The notes: generated by a model not told the origin, from the letters alone. Shown: positions 51,417 to 62,181, counted from the first letter of the stretch. The stretch: DNA of 64,000 nt from an uncultured Eubacteriales bacterium (GCA_964584935.1 CAZPBN010000004.1:6507-70506); one strand, 5' to 3'. Numbers and translations are program-made.

Positions 51417-52253
51417 CTATGGGAAATTATTATCTTCCCAGTAACACAATGACTGGGTTTCATCCTTAAAGTAAGATTTTCTTCTCATGAACAATTCTTC
51501 CCAGTCTACTGAGTGGCCATCGAAATCTGGGCCATCAACGCAAGCAAATTTGGTCTTCCCCCCCACCGTGACTCGACAGGCGCCACACATTCCTGTCCCA
51601 TCCACCATTATAGGATTCAAACTCACAGTGGTCTTAATTCCATATGGTTTCGTTTCCCTTGAACATGAATACATCAAATAGGTGCATCCGATTGAAAAAA
51701 CATGGTCAATTTTTTTTTCTTTCTTAATGATTTCCTTCAATACTTTGGGAATATAATCCTTACAATTAAAATAGCTATCCCGCGAAGAAATAAAATATTT
51801 ATCACTTAGGGATTTCAATTTGTCTTCCCAATAAAGCAGGTAATGAGCTTTAACATCGACCAGAGTAATTATTTTATTACCAGCTTTTTTTAAAGCCCGG
51901 AGTACCGGAAAAATACCTCCTATTCCGTAGCAGCCACACGCACATAAAACAGTTCCATATTTTTTTATCTCTGTAGATTTCCCTAACGGCCCGACAAAGA
52001 CAGGGACGTCATCGCCTGCCTTCAAAAATGATAACTTGTGGGTGGAAGTTCCAACAACCATAAAAACAGATGTGATCGAGCCTTTTTCTCTATCCCAATC
52101 CGCAATAGTCAAGGGGACTCTTTCTCCTTTTTCATCGGGCATGATGATAACAAACTGTCCTGGTTGGCATTTTGAAGCAATTTCAGGAGCTTCAACTTCA
52201 ATCAGATAAATATTGGGAACTAATTTTTCTTTTCTCAGTATTTTATTCATCAA
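51417..52253 (-). CDS. nfnA: NfnA / SudB / PyrK-like small subunit (FAD, [2Fe-2S])
   Basis: Ferredoxin-NADP reductase-like fold (RVPLTIADWDREKG). C-terminal [2Fe-2S] motif GMCGACRV...C. The ATG overlaps the stop of the upstream nuoG-like gene (ATGA). Confidence 0.85.
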   Translation of the reverse strand: MMNKILRKEKLVPNIYLIEVEAPEIASKCQPGQFVIIMPDEKGERVPLTIADWDREKGSITSVFMVVGTSTHKLSFLKAGDDVPVFVGPLGKSTEIKKYGTVLCACGCYGIGGIFPVLRALKKAGNKIITLVDVKAHYLLYWEDKLKSLSDKYFISSRDSYFNCKDYIPKVLKEIIKKEKKIDHVFSIGCTYLMYSCSRETKPYGIKTTVSLNPIMVDGTGMCGACRVTVGGKTKFACVDGPDFDGHSVDWEELFMRRKSYFKDETQSLCYWEDNNFP

Positions 52254-54814
52254 TTTCCTCTTCTTATCTTACATGGAATTCTTCTTATTGATTTTGATTT
52301 CTGAGAAATTTTATTAATAATAGAGAGAAAGGAAACACCATAATCACAATCCCATGATAAAGTTGCTTTTACATAGCCTCTGAAAATCAAATCTGTAATT
52401 TTCAGAAAACCATTGATTTTTCCATACGGAGATTCCACTTTTACTTGTTCTCCATCTTCCAAACCCATTTTTTCAGCATCTTCAGAGGATAATTTTATCC
52501 ACATCAAGTCCCTGACTCTCTCTAATTTCTTGTTATGTTTTGATAGATCCAAACTTTTGTAGTAATCATAATTGTATTCAATCCATAGATAAAACGGGTA
52601 TTTTTTATCTCTCGTCTCTTTCATGGTTTTCACTGGAATAGGGATAAATCGTTCATCACCTCTTTCTTCTTCCTTAAGAAAAATCTGATCATTTTTTTTC
52701 ATTGCAGGGTAGGAGACTTCTACAAAATTCGTTATTTTTTTTCTTATTTCTTTTAAGATCTGGGAGGGATTTTTATAAGTGAATTCTTTGTTTCCCATTT
52801 TCTTTGCTATTTCTGAAATAATCCACCAACCCGGCTTAGAATCTCCTAAAGGATCGGATGCTTTCCCAAATCTTTGAGCTCTCCCTTCAGTATTCACATA
52901 AGTTCCTTCCTCTTCTGAAAAGATTGCTGATGGTAATACCACATCTGCATGTTTCATGTTTTCATTAATATAACTATCCTGTACAAGTAAAAATTCAGGC
53001 TTTTTTTCGTTTAAAACAGGAAAATGCCCGGATAAATAAAGAGCTTTTATATTTCTTTTCAACACAGAATCGAATATTTCATCGATTCTGGCTTCTTCAG
53101 TTTGAAAATAACTCTGTATCTCCAAGGTTCCTCTTGAATTGTTTTCCCGAGCTAAAGGATAAATTTTGGCTTGGCTCAATAAAGAAAAATTCCAAAGACT
53201 TATCAAATCATCTTTCAACGCATTTATTAGAATCCCATCCCCTCTGAAAAGAATCGCTTTGGGACTATCATTCAATAATATATTTAAACTCCTATCTAAC
53301 TCTTCTTCTTTAATTCCGGTGGCTTCACTTACTCTGGAAATATCAATGTTTTCTAGAGATTTCAAAAAAGAATCGAACCCTTCTATTTCAGCAAAACTCT
53401 CTATACAATCATCTGAAAGAATGATTTTAGAAAAATAATCAAACACCAGAGCTTCACTTCCCGGTTTGATCCTAAGCCAGGAAGAAGCAAATCTATTGAT
53501 AAAGGAATCCCCTGGACTTATAACAAGGAGCCTGGCTCCCTTTTGAACCGCTTTCTTTATTTCAATCCATATTAAAGGATGAGAAATATGAATATCATCA
53601 TCTAAAAGGACAATGGTTTTCATATGAGAAATGCTCCGGATATCAAAATTGAAATCAAAAGGAAGAGATTTTTCCCTCATCAAATCTCTAAAAACTTTAA
53701 AAGGAGAAATGCTGACAGAACTGTTTATCTGATTTGTTTTCAATCCCTCTTTAGCAAATTTTTGGAAAACATAATTTTCCTCACAACTCATTTGAGAAGA
53801 AACCATCATCGCTGTTTCCTTTCCCTTGTATATTTTCATCTTTTGAGAAACAAACTCAATGGCTTCTTTCCAGCTCACTTCCTCAAGCTTGTTTTTCCTC
53901 CTAATAAGAGGTTTACAAATTCTTTGAGATTCATCATCGAGGTCCCTTATTATAAAACGCCCTTTCACACATGCCTGCCCCAGATTCACGGGTCCTTTTT
54001 CGGATGGAGCGGAACTATAAATTTTCTTTCCTTCAAGCTTCAATTCCAATTGACATCCCATTCCACAGAGAGGACAAATGGTCTCCACAACATTATCAGG
54101 ACGAGCTTTATATTTGACAGCTCTCTCAACCAGAGCACCTGTTGGACAGACATCCACACAAGCCCCGCAGAACTGACATCCTGATTCCAATAATGGTTTG
54201 TCAAATACAGTTCCCACAATGGTTTGAGAACCCCTGTGGGTGAAAGAAATGGCTGAAGCCCCTCTTACTTCGTGGCAAATTCTGACACATTTTCCGCACA
54301 GAATGCACAAATTATAATTCCGTTCTATGAATAGATCATTGTTTTCGATTTCGTATCCTCTATATATAGAGGGGAATTCCACTTTTTTAAGATTCAGTGA
54401 TTCGACAACTTCTTGAAGTTCACATGTTCCATTGTTCGAACAGAACACACAACCAATCACTTCTCTGGCTTTTCTGATCGTTGATTTATATTCATCGCAG
54501 TTTTCTTTCTCATCACAAATCAGGCAGGCATTGGGATGCTCAGAAAGGATAAGACTTAAAATCTGACGCCTGATCTTATTGATGGTGGGAGTATTTGTCT
54601 TTATTTCCATTCCATCTTCAATATAGGTGCTGCAGGAAGGCAGAAGACCTTTTTTGCCTTTAACAGAAACAAGACAAAGCCTGCATCCTGAAAAAGGGAT
54701 TAAGCTTTTATGGTGGCAAAGAGAAGGAATATTTATGTTATTTTCTTTTGCTATCTCCAGTATAGTCTTTTTCTCTTTCGCTTCAATCTTTTTTCCATCA
54801 ATAATAATATTCAT
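52250..54814 (-). CDS. NuoG-like iron-sulfur subunit: [2Fe-2S], His-ligated [4Fe-4S], two ferredoxin-type [4Fe-4S], then a vestigial molybdopterin-oxidoreductase (MopB) domain lacking the Mo/W ligand
   Basis: CHHKSLIPFSGCRLC ([2Fe-2S]), HPNACLICDEKENC (HxxxCxxCxxxxxC), CILCGKCVRIC and CQFCGACVDVCP (2x[4Fe-4S]), the MopB Fe4S4 CPLCGMGCQ...QACVKGR, and a C-terminal Molydop_binding-like segment. No CxxCH/U Mo-ligand motif (the region reads NYVFQKFAKEGLKTNQINSSVSISP). No H-cluster motifs. Confidence 0.85.
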   Translation of the reverse strand: MNIIIDGKKIEAKEKKTILEIAKENNINIPSLCHHKSLIPFSGCRLCLVSVKGKKGLLPSCSTYIEDGMEIKTNTPTINKIRRQILSLILSEHPNACLICDEKENCDEYKSTIRKAREVIGCVFCSNNGTCELQEVVESLNLKKVEFPSIYRGYEIENNDLFIERNYNLCILCGKCVRICHEVRGASAISFTHRGSQTIVGTVFDKPLLESGCQFCGACVDVCPTGALVERAVKYKARPDNVVETICPLCGMGCQLELKLEGKKIYSSAPSEKGPVNLGQACVKGRFIIRDLDDESQRICKPLIRRKNKLEEVSWKEAIEFVSQKMKIYKGKETAMMVSSQMSCEENYVFQKFAKEGLKTNQINSSVSISPFKVFRDLMREKSLPFDFNFDIRSISHMKTIVLLDDDIHISHPLIWIEIKKAVQKGARLLVISPGDSFINRFASSWLRIKPGSEALVFDYFSKIILSDDCIESFAEIEGFDSFLKSLENIDISRVSEATGIKEEELDRSLNILLNDSPKAILFRGDGILINALKDDLISLWNFSLLSQAKIYPLARENNSRGTLEIQSYFQTEEARIDEIFDSVLKRNIKALYLSGHFPVLNEKKPEFLLVQDSYINENMKHADVVLPSAIFSEEEGTYVNTEGRAQRFGKASDPLGDSKPGWWIISEIAKKMGNKEFTYKNPSQILKEIRKKITNFVEVSYPAMKKNDQIFLKEEERGDERFIPIPVKTMKETRDKKYPFYLWIEYNYDYYKSLDLSKHNKKLERVRDLMWIKLSSEDAEKMGLEDGEQVKVESPYGKINGFLKITDLIFRGYVKATLSWDCDYGVSFLSIINKISQKSKSIRRIPCKIRRGN

Positions 54815-56727
54815 TTACTTGCTCTTTCAGAAGAATCTTTTCTCAGAATTTTTTCTTTCTTATTTCCTGTATACTTAACCACAGCATTTACTTTTGGAGG
54901 ACAGACATCCAAACAAGTCCCGCATTTTATGCACAATCCCTGGTCGATCACATGCACTTCTTTCCGGTTTCCACTTATAGCATCCACAGGACAACTTTTC
55001 TTGCACAACAAGCAGCCCACACATTTTTCCGGTTCAATGTAATAAATGATTAAGTCTTTACAAGCAAGAGCGGGACACTTTTTTTCCCTTATATGGGCTT
55101 CATATTCATGTCGAAAATACTTGAGGGTGGTTAATACCGGATTGGGTGCTGTTTGTCCCAGGCCGCATAAAGAAGCATTCTTTACAGTCTTGGCAAGTTC
55201 TTCCAGTTTATCTAAATCTTCTTCTTCCCCCTCCCCCCTGGTTATTCTTTCCAGGATATTAACCATCTGCTTGGTGCCGATACGGCAGGGCACACATTTC
55301 CCGCAGGACTCTTCCTGGGTAAAATTGAGAAAATAACGGGCGACATCAACCATACAGGTGTCCTCATCCATAACAATCATTCCACCTGATCCCATAATAG
55401 ATCCGGCTTGGGAAAGAGTTTCATAATCAACTTGCAAATCCAGCATTTCTGCAGGAATGCATCCTCCCGAAGGGCCACCTGTCTGAATAGCTTTTATCTT
55501 TTTATCATTTTTTATTCCATCGCCAATATCAAAAATAATCTCATTAAGCTTTATTCCCATAGGAACTTCAACAAGACCGGTGTTTTTAATCATTCCCACT
55601 AATGAAAAAATTTTTGTTCCTTTGCTTTTTTTGGTCCCTATATTGGAGTACCACTCAGAACCTTTATTTATTATCAAAGGTACATTCGCCCAAGTTTCCA
55701 CATTGTTAATATTTGTAGGTTTACCCCATAATCCACTCTCTGCAGGAAAAGGAGGCCGTTGTCTCGGAAAAGCTCTCCGTCCCTCAATCGAAGCCATCAA
55801 AGAGGTTTCCTCTCCGGAAACAAAAGCTCCAGCTCCCTCTACCACCTGAATATTGAATTCAAATTCAGAACCCACAATTGATTTTCCTAAAAATCCATAT
55901 TTTCTTGCTTGTTCAAGAGCCAAAGATATATGCTTCACTGCAAGAGGATATTCCATCCGAACATAAATGAAACCTTCTGAAGCACCTATAGCATAGGCGC
56001 CTATAATCATCCCTTCTATGATACTATGAGGATTTCCCTCAAGCAGACTGCGGTCCATATATGCTCCCGGATCTCCTTCATCAGCATTGCAGATAATATA
56101 TTTAATCTCAGAATTTTTGTTCCTGCATATTTCCCATTTTAATCCAGTAGGGAATCCAGCTCCTCCTCTCCCTCGTAATCCTGAATTCTTAATATCATTG
56201 ATAACTTCTTCTGAAGTCATATTGAAAAAAACTTTGGAAAGTGCCTGGTATCCGTCGATGGCAATATAATCAGTAATATCTGTGGGATCAACTTTTAAAT
56301 TGTTTTCAGTCAGAATTCGCTCTTGCTTTCTGTAAAAGGGAATTTCTTCCTGTTTCTCGATTCTGAGATCTTCTTTTTTATCTTGATAACATAAATCATA
56401 AACAACCTTATCTTTTAATATGGATTGTTCAATGATTGTTGGTACATTTTTGGGCTCTAGGTTTTTATAGAATATTGCTTCCGGATAAATGATAACATTG
56501 GGTTCTAATTCGCAAAAACCATGACAACCCGTAATTTTAATTGAAACCTTTTCACTGAGGTTCCTTTTCTCTATCTCCGATTCAAATGCTTCAATGATTT
56601 TTTTAGAACCTCTTGCCTGCCCACAAGTTCCCGAAGATATCACTATCATTTTTTTATCCGGGGAATCCCGGGAAAGAATTTCTTTTTTCAATTCATTCAA
56701 TTGGTCTGGATAAGTTATTTTTTCCAT
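54811..56727 (-). CDS. NuoF-like NADH-binding flavoprotein subunit (HydB/HndC-type: N-terminal thioredoxin-like [2Fe-2S], FMN/NADH core with [4Fe-4S], C-terminal 2x[4Fe-4S])
   Basis: SSGTCGQARGS...CHGFCE ([2Fe-2S]). GLRGRGGAGFPTGLKW and CNADEGDPGAYMD (FMN/NADH). ESCGKCVPCRIG (N3 cluster). CVGCLLCKKSCP...CIKCGTCLDVCP. The start overlaps the nuoG-like gene by 4 nt. Confidence 0.9.
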   Translation of the reverse strand: MEKITYPDQLNELKKEILSRDSPDKKMIVISSGTCGQARGSKKIIEAFESEIEKRNLSEKVSIKITGCHGFCELEPNVIIYPEAIFYKNLEPKNVPTIIEQSILKDKVVYDLCYQDKKEDLRIEKQEEIPFYRKQERILTENNLKVDPTDITDYIAIDGYQALSKVFFNMTSEEVINDIKNSGLRGRGGAGFPTGLKWEICRNKNSEIKYIICNADEGDPGAYMDRSLLEGNPHSIIEGMIIGAYAIGASEGFIYVRMEYPLAVKHISLALEQARKYGFLGKSIVGSEFEFNIQVVEGAGAFVSGEETSLMASIEGRRAFPRQRPPFPAESGLWGKPTNINNVETWANVPLIINKGSEWYSNIGTKKSKGTKIFSLVGMIKNTGLVEVPMGIKLNEIIFDIGDGIKNDKKIKAIQTGGPSGGCIPAEMLDLQVDYETLSQAGSIMGSGGMIVMDEDTCMVDVARYFLNFTQEESCGKCVPCRIGTKQMVNILERITRGEGEEEDLDKLEELAKTVKNASLCGLGQTAPNPVLTTLKYFRHEYEAHIREKKCPALACKDLIIYYIEPEKCVGCLLCKKSCPVDAISGNRKEVHVIDQGLCIKCGTCLDVCPPKVNAVVKYTGNKKEKILRKDSSERASK

Positions 56728-56743
56728 TTCTTTCTATTATTGA

Positions 56744-57187
56744 TCACCTATGCTCATTTATAATTTTATCCACTTTGTTGATGTCAACATGAGAATAGTA
56801 TTCATCATTGACAACAACAACCGGTCCGATCGCACAACAACCCAGGCAATTCACTGTTTCAAGTGTAAATTTCTTATCAGGAGTTGTTTGATCAACCTTT
56901 ATGTCTAATTCTCTCTCCATTTCTTCCACAATATGAGGTGCTCCCCGAACGTGACAGGCTGTTCCCATGCACACTTTGACAATGTTTTTTCCTCTTGGTT
57001 CCAAATTAAATGCATTATAAAAAGTAAGGACTCCAAATATCTCACTCTCTGATATCTGGAGATGTTTTGAAATAGTGGAAACACTTTCAGGAGGAATATA
57101 CCCGTACTTCAACTGAACTTTATGAAGGATATGAATCAATTCCTTTTGTTCACCAGTAAACTCATCGAGAATTTCTTTCATACTCAT
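56744..57187 (-). CDS. NuoE-like [2Fe-2S] subunit (HydC/HndA-type)
   Basis: 147-aa thioredoxin-like fold with CMGTACHVRG...CLGCCAIGP. Confidence 0.85.
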   Translation of the reverse strand: MSMKEILDEFTGEQKELIHILHKVQLKYGYIPPESVSTISKHLQISESEIFGVLTFYNAFNLEPRGKNIVKVCMGTACHVRGAPHIVEEMERELDIKVDQTTPDKKFTLETVNCLGCCAIGPVVVVNDEYYSHVDINKVDKIINEHR

Positions 57188-57203
57188 TCACTCCTTATCT
57201 CCA

Positions 57204-58310
57204 TCAAACGATTTCTTTATATTCCAAGTTAAACCTCTCTCCAATTTTCCTTTTTGATATCATACCTTTATAAACATATACTCCTTGTGCCAGGGATTTT
57301 TCAGATTTAAGTACTTTTTCTATACCGATTTCCCCGATTCTCAACAAGTAAGGAGTAACTAAATTAGCCAAAACTTTTGTGGAAGTCCGGCTAACTCCTG
57401 ATGTGATATTAGGAACGCAATAATGAATGATTCCTTCCTCAGTATAGACAGGATGTTCAAGAGTTGTCAGGCGGCTGGTTTCTATACATCCTCCTTGGTC
57501 AATAGATAAATCGATAATAATAGACCCTTTTTTCATAGTTTTAACCATATCCCTGGTTACCATAACCGGAGCCCGTTCTCCGGGGCGAAGGACAGCTCCA
57601 ATCAGAATATCTGCCACTTTTGTCATTCTTGCTATATTGTATTTACTGGCTATCAAAGTTATCAATCTGCCAGAAGTCAACTCTTCCAGATTTCTTAATC
57701 TATTCATATAACGCCCCAATGCAATGGTATGGGCTCCTGCTCCAATTAAGGCTTTTATCGAACTCCTTGCTAAAACTCCACTTCCAATGATAACGGCAGT
57801 AGCAGGAGGCACACTGACAACTCCACCAATGACCAATCCTCTTCCTCCATGAACTGTTTGAAGATAATGACCGGATATCACATGACACATCTGACCGGCA
57901 ATTTCACTCAAACTCTCAATAAAAGGAAGTTCATTGTTTTCTTGCTGGATAATCTCATAGCCTATGATAGAAACTTTTTTCTTTAAAAGTTTTTTCACAA
58001 TATCTTTTTTGGCGACAACAAGATGATGAAATCCAAATAAAACCTGGCTTTCTCTCACAAAGTTGCATTCCTCTTCATTGAGAGGAGAAATATTAAGCAC
58101 AATATCAGAGCGTCCAAAAACCTCCTCTTTTGTGAATACTATTTTTGCTCCTTGATTTGAATACTCTTCGTTAGAATATCCTGACTTCAATCCTGCTCCC
58201 GCTTGAATATAAACGGTGTTATTCCTTTCGGTTAATATGGAAACACAGCTTGGGGATAATCCGACCCTGTTCTCAATTTTACTGCTCTCATTTATAACAC
58301 CTATATTCAT
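57204..58310 (-). CDS. ald: alanine dehydrogenase
   Basis: 368 aa. N-terminus MNIGVINESSKIENRVGLSPSCV...QAGAGLKSGYSNEEYSNQGAKIV is collinear with Ald. NAD-binding motif IIGSGVLARSS. Confidence 0.8.
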   Translation of the reverse strand: MNIGVINESSKIENRVGLSPSCVSILTERNNTVYIQAGAGLKSGYSNEEYSNQGAKIVFTKEEVFGRSDIVLNISPLNEEECNFVRESQVLFGFHHLVVAKKDIVKKLLKKKVSIIGYEIIQQENNELPFIESLSEIAGQMCHVISGHYLQTVHGGRGLVIGGVVSVPPATAVIIGSGVLARSSIKALIGAGAHTIALGRYMNRLRNLEELTSGRLITLIASKYNIARMTKVADILIGAVLRPGERAPVMVTRDMVKTMKKGSIIIDLSIDQGGCIETSRLTTLEHPVYTEEGIIHYCVPNITSGVSRTSTKVLANLVTPYLLRIGEIGIEKVLKSEKSLAQGVYVYKGMISKRKIGERFNLEYKEIV

Positions 58311-58408
58311 GTTCGCCTCCTAAATAATAAGGGCACAAATGATAACAAATATAAAGATATATGACAATAAAAATCAGGGAAACAATTTTTATTCTTTTAG
58401 AATCCGTG

Positions 58409-59380
58409 CTAAACGAAGATCTTATAGCTCATAAACAAATAAACCAAGTATAACAATAATAGAATGATTCCATTTGTTTTTGTCAAACGGCAGCCTATAA
58501 TCATGCTCCCAAGCATAACAGCAACGATAATAATCATAAAAGGAAAAATAAAGTGGATGATATTCAACTCAACAGTAATAGGATTGGCAATTGCAGAAGC
58601 CCCGATAATCCACAAAACATTCAACACATCGGCTCCAATAATATCCCCCACTGCAATTTCACCTTCCCCTTTTAGAGCGGCTGTGATACAGGTGCTCACT
58701 TCTGGAAGAGAGGTGCCTAAAGCAATGATTGTGGAACCAATCAATGTTTTAGAAAGGGAAAAATGATCACAGACATTAATTGTCGTCCAGTGAACCAAAC
58801 GACTGCTAATAATGATTCCAATAAATCCAAATAGAAATAGTTTTATGTGTTTTCGAACCATTGCTTTTTTTTGCAAATGATTAATCTTGTATTTTTCGGC
58901 TTTTTCTGATTCCAAATCATTTCTTTTTTTCTGGCTTTTTATTATAACCACAAAATAAAGGATCAATATAAAAATAAAAATGACTCCTTCAAGCCGTCCG
59001 ATTGTCCCGTTTCTGGCAAGAATATAGGCAAAAACATCAACGGACAAAAGAAAAAGCCCTATAATCTTTATCAAACGGCAATTCACTATTATGACAGTCG
59101 GTGAAAGAATTGCTGCCAGAGCCAATGCCACTCCATCATCGATAATGACCGATCCCACGGCATTCCCAAGAGCTATTTCTGAATCACCCAGAATCGCGGA
59201 GATGACGGAAACACCAAACTCCGGTGCCGTGGTCGCCAGTCCAACCAGAACGATCCCCACGATCATCTTTGGAATATCAAATATGTTGGCAATTCCAATA
59301 GCTCCCTTTAAAAAATAATCAGCGAATTTAAAGAGAGCTACAAATCCGATGGCGATCAGTAAAAAATTGATATAAATCAT
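58409..59380 (-). CDS. CaCA-family cation/Ca2+ exchanger (YrbG-like)
   Basis: Two alpha-repeat signatures (GLATTAPEFGVSV; GTSLPEVSTCITAALKGEGEIAVGDIIGADVLNV) in a ~320-aa, 10-TM protein. Confidence 0.8.
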   Translation of the reverse strand: MIYINFLLIAIGFVALFKFADYFLKGAIGIANIFDIPKMIVGIVLVGLATTAPEFGVSVISAILGDSEIALGNAVGSVIIDDGVALALAAILSPTVIIVNCRLIKIIGLFLLSVDVFAYILARNGTIGRLEGVIFIFILILYFVVIIKSQKKRNDLESEKAEKYKINHLQKKAMVRKHIKLFLFGFIGIIISSRLVHWTTINVCDHFSLSKTLIGSTIIALGTSLPEVSTCITAALKGEGEIAVGDIIGADVLNVLWIIGASAIANPITVELNIIHFIFPFMIIIVAVMLGSMIIGCRLTKTNGIILLLLYLVYLFMSYKIFV

Positions 59381-59569
59381 TTTCCTTCATTCACAATTAA
59401 TATCCAATAAAATGTCTGAACCATCTACAAAAATCAATGGCAGGATTATTTGTGTCGATGTTATGCAACTTTTTATCTTTTTCTATCAAACAATAAAACT
59501 TCAATAAATCATTTCTCTTTATTCTATATATAAATTCAACTCTTGAACGAATGATGAATACGATTTTCC

Positions 59570-61198
59570 TCATGAAGGATAAAGGATTTTTCCATCAAAA
59601 ATTGTCATATTCACCTTGATCCCGGCTATTTCTCTAAGGGGGGCTTCAAACACATTCTTCGAAAGAACAGCAATGTCTGCCAGTTTACCTGGTTCTATGG
59701 ATCCTTTCACATTCTCAGAGTATTCCGTGTAAGCCCCATTGATCGTATAAGCTCTCAGAGCATCTTCCAGAGATATTTTTTCCTCTGGTATCCATCCCTG
59801 GGAATGAGAGCCTCCCTTGGTCTGCCTGGTAACCGCAGTTTGTATTCCTTCCAGAGGATTCAAAGGCACCACCGGCCAATCCGTTCCAAATGCCAGTTTC
59901 ACTCCATTATTTATCAGGGATTTTAAAGCATAGGTATATCGGCTCCTCCTCTTCCCAATTTTATTTTCTGCCCAACTCCCATCAAATGCAAGATGATAGG
60001 GCTGGACAGAGGCGATGACATTGAGATCTGAAAATCTTTGGATATCTTCCGGTATAATATGCTGAGCATGCTCTATACGCCACCTCCTGTCATACTTTTG
60101 GTTTTTTGAGTTTGCCTTTTCAAACATATCAAGAACCATATGATTGGCCCTGTCTCCAATGGCATGAATTGCCACCTGAACCTGATTTCTGTCTGCGGTG
60201 ACAATGCGGTCTTCCATTGTTCCCTCAGGAAACATCTGCTGGCTAAAAATTCCCTTGTTTGCGGAATCATCCTCATACGGCTCAAAAAACAACGCAGTGG
60301 AAGAACCTAACGATCCATCAATAAATCCTTTCAATCCTCCAATTTTAATAAATTTATTTCCAAAAGGAGTCTTTATTTTAAGTTTCGAAAAAAGTTCCGA
60401 TTCTATAATTGGAAGGTAAATCATAATCCGGACATCGAGTTTGTTTTTCTTTAAAAGTTCCTGATAAACAGGCAAATTTGATGAATATTCCATGTCGTGC
60501 AGAGAAGTCACTCCCACCTCAGCTGCATATTTTTGAGCTTTTTCAACCGCCAGCATTTTATCATTCATAGAAGGTTCAGGAATATTCTTCATCACAAGTT
60601 CCATGGCTGAATCTTTTAAGATTCCTGTCGGTTCCCCTGTGGTTTTATCCTTCTGTATCTCCCCTCCTGGAGGGGATGGCGTATCTTTGGTGATATCTGC
60701 CATCTTTAACGCCCGGTTGTTAGCCAAAATCATGTGTTGATCATGGCGGGTCAAACAAACTGGATTTTGAGATGAAATTCCATCAATCCACTCTTTATGC
60801 GGAAGCTCAGGCACATCAAAATTTTGTTCATTCCAATTCCCGTTGAGAATCCATTTCCCTTGGGCAGCTTTACTAATACTTTTCTTTACAGTGGAAACAA
60901 ACTCTTGGCGGGAGGCTGCCTTTCTGAGGTTAACATTGCTCAGTGATAACGCTCCCTCAATAAAATGAGTGTGGCAGTCTATAAATCCGGGGAGAACGGA
61001 TTCTCCCTTCAATTCAATCAGTGTTGTTTCCTTGTTCTTTTTTTTGATGATTTCTCTGGATGAACCGACAGCTATAATTTTATCTCCTTTGACTGCCAGA
61101 GCCTCTGCCCGCGGATGTTTTTTGTCTGCTGTCCACACTGTTCCGTTCAGAATGATCAGATCAGCCATATCTTTATCCATATTTTTATTTATTGCCAT
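59570..61198 (-). CDS. amidohydrolase-family metal-dependent hydrolase (amidohydrolase 3 / TIM-barrel)
   Basis: HxH metal-binding motif (PGFIDCHTHF) plus downstream His/Asp positions. 542 aa. Confidence 0.8.
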   Translation of the reverse strand: MAINKNMDKDMADLIILNGTVWTADKKHPRAEALAVKGDKIIAVGSSREIIKKKNKETTLIELKGESVLPGFIDCHTHFIEGALSLSNVNLRKAASRQEFVSTVKKSISKAAQGKWILNGNWNEQNFDVPELPHKEWIDGISSQNPVCLTRHDQHMILANNRALKMADITKDTPSPPGGEIQKDKTTGEPTGILKDSAMELVMKNIPEPSMNDKMLAVEKAQKYAAEVGVTSLHDMEYSSNLPVYQELLKKNKLDVRIMIYLPIIESELFSKLKIKTPFGNKFIKIGGLKGFIDGSLGSSTALFFEPYEDDSANKGIFSQQMFPEGTMEDRIVTADRNQVQVAIHAIGDRANHMVLDMFEKANSKNQKYDRRWRIEHAQHIIPEDIQRFSDLNVIASVQPYHLAFDGSWAENKIGKRRSRYTYALKSLINNGVKLAFGTDWPVVPLNPLEGIQTAVTRQTKGGSHSQGWIPEEKISLEDALRAYTINGAYTEYSENVKGSIEPGKLADIAVLSKNVFEAPLREIAGIKVNMTIFDGKILYPS

Positions 61199-61370
61199 TA
61201 GTTTATATCTATTTGCTCCCTATTTCCAGAGTTAATACTTTTTTCGTCTCAATCGATGCTTATTTTTTGAAAATCTTCAGGGATGATCACCTTCCCCCTG
61301 AAATTTCTTTTGATCTCCTCTTCAATTTCTGACATAAGGTAATCAATTTCCCCAAAAAAATGACATGGAA

Positions 61371-62027
61371 TTAAATTCTTGACCCCGATTCTGAGGATAG
61401 TCTTCCTAATTCTAAGGAACTGGTGTGCATGGAAGAAAGTGAAGGATATATTTCAAAAAAACGGGACGGAGCACTGCAATCATGAATCAAATAATCCACT
61501 GAAGGATTTTCCTTGAAAAGGAGGGGAGCAGACGGAGTGTCTCCTGAATAAAGAAGTTCTATTTTTTTATCTGTGAATTGATATTTATAAGCAAGAGAGG
61601 AAGCCGTGTGTTTGATATTAAAAGTCTGGCATCTTAGGGACTGGTTTATTTCAAAATTTTCTCCCGGATTCAAGGGAATGAACTCAATATTCACTTTGAC
61701 TTTTTTTTCTCTGAGTTTAAAAAGATCAAGAAGAGACTTGCAAAATTTTATTGTTTCCCCGGAGCCGTAAATAAAAACTGTGAATTCATGAAGCATCATA
61801 CTGTGAATAAAGGAAGGAAGCCCATAAATATGATCGGGATGAGTGTGAGTGACAAAAATTCGATTCACTTTTTCCGGGTCATAATTGAGTTTTTTTATTT
61901 TTTGTATGACACTTCCCGGACAGTCCATAAGAATCAAGGTTTCATCACAATTGATGATAAAAGAACAGTTGTCTCTTTCCGGTGAGGAAACAGATCCTCC
62001 TGTTCCCAAAAAAGCCAGTTCTTTCAT
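61371..62027 (-). CDS. MBL-fold metallo-hydrolase (RNase Z-like / beta-lactamase superfamily)
   Basis: HxHxDH motif (VTHTHPDHIYG) with downstream His and Asp. 218 aa. Confidence 0.75.
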   Translation of the reverse strand: MKELAFLGTGGSVSSPERDNCSFIINCDETLILMDCPGSVIQKIKKLNYDPEKVNRIFVTHTHPDHIYGLPSFIHSMMLHEFTVFIYGSGETIKFCKSLLDLFKLREKKVKVNIEFIPLNPGENFEINQSLRCQTFNIKHTASSLAYKYQFTDKKIELLYSGDTPSAPLLFKENPSVDYLIHDCSAPSRFFEIYPSLSSMHTSSLELGRLSSESGSRI

Positions 62028-62145
62028 TTTTCTTACTCTGTTTCTTTATAAATAAATCCCCTGACGAAATCAACCCATTCCTTATCGGATTTCAATAATT
62101 CTTCAGGTAATTTCTGTCCCCAAAAAATCAGACTCTATCCACGAT

Positions 62146-62173
62146 TTGACAGTTTATCCTTCCATTCTATAAT
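62146..62173 (+). promoter_or_regulatory. putative sigma70-type promoter TTGACA-N16-TATAAT driving a leaderless or near-leaderless GHMP kinase transcript
   Basis: TTGACA at 62146..62151, a 16-nt spacer, TATAAT at 62168..62173. The ATG at 62182 is 8 nt after the -10 element. No SD sequence. Confidence 0.35.
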
Positions 62174-62181
62174 AAAGAACG

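Noticed and set aside
53624-54184. Antisense or embedded ORFs in the supplied track (e.g. 53624..54184, 613..813, 2463..2690, 12162..12521, 24336..24563, 48579..49010)
   Set aside because: All lie inside and opposite to, or out of frame with, long conserved genes. They have low-complexity or atypical composition, no RBS and no recognisable motifs, so I regard them as spurious.
52250-54814. Calling the 854-aa subunit a formate dehydrogenase alpha or an [FeFe]-hydrogenase HydA
   Set aside because: The MopB domain lacks the Cys/Sec Mo-ligand motif: there is no CA(R/K)xCH/U after the NYV(F/M)QKFA region. The TSCCPxW / MPCxxK / ExMACxxGCxxG H-cluster motifs are absent. It is NuoG-like instead.
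61249-61335. 28-codon minus-strand ORF (MSEIEEEIKRNFRGKVIIPEDFQKISID) between the amidohydrolase and MBL genes
   Set aside because: No convincing RBS and no recognisable features. It is too short to judge from sequence alone.
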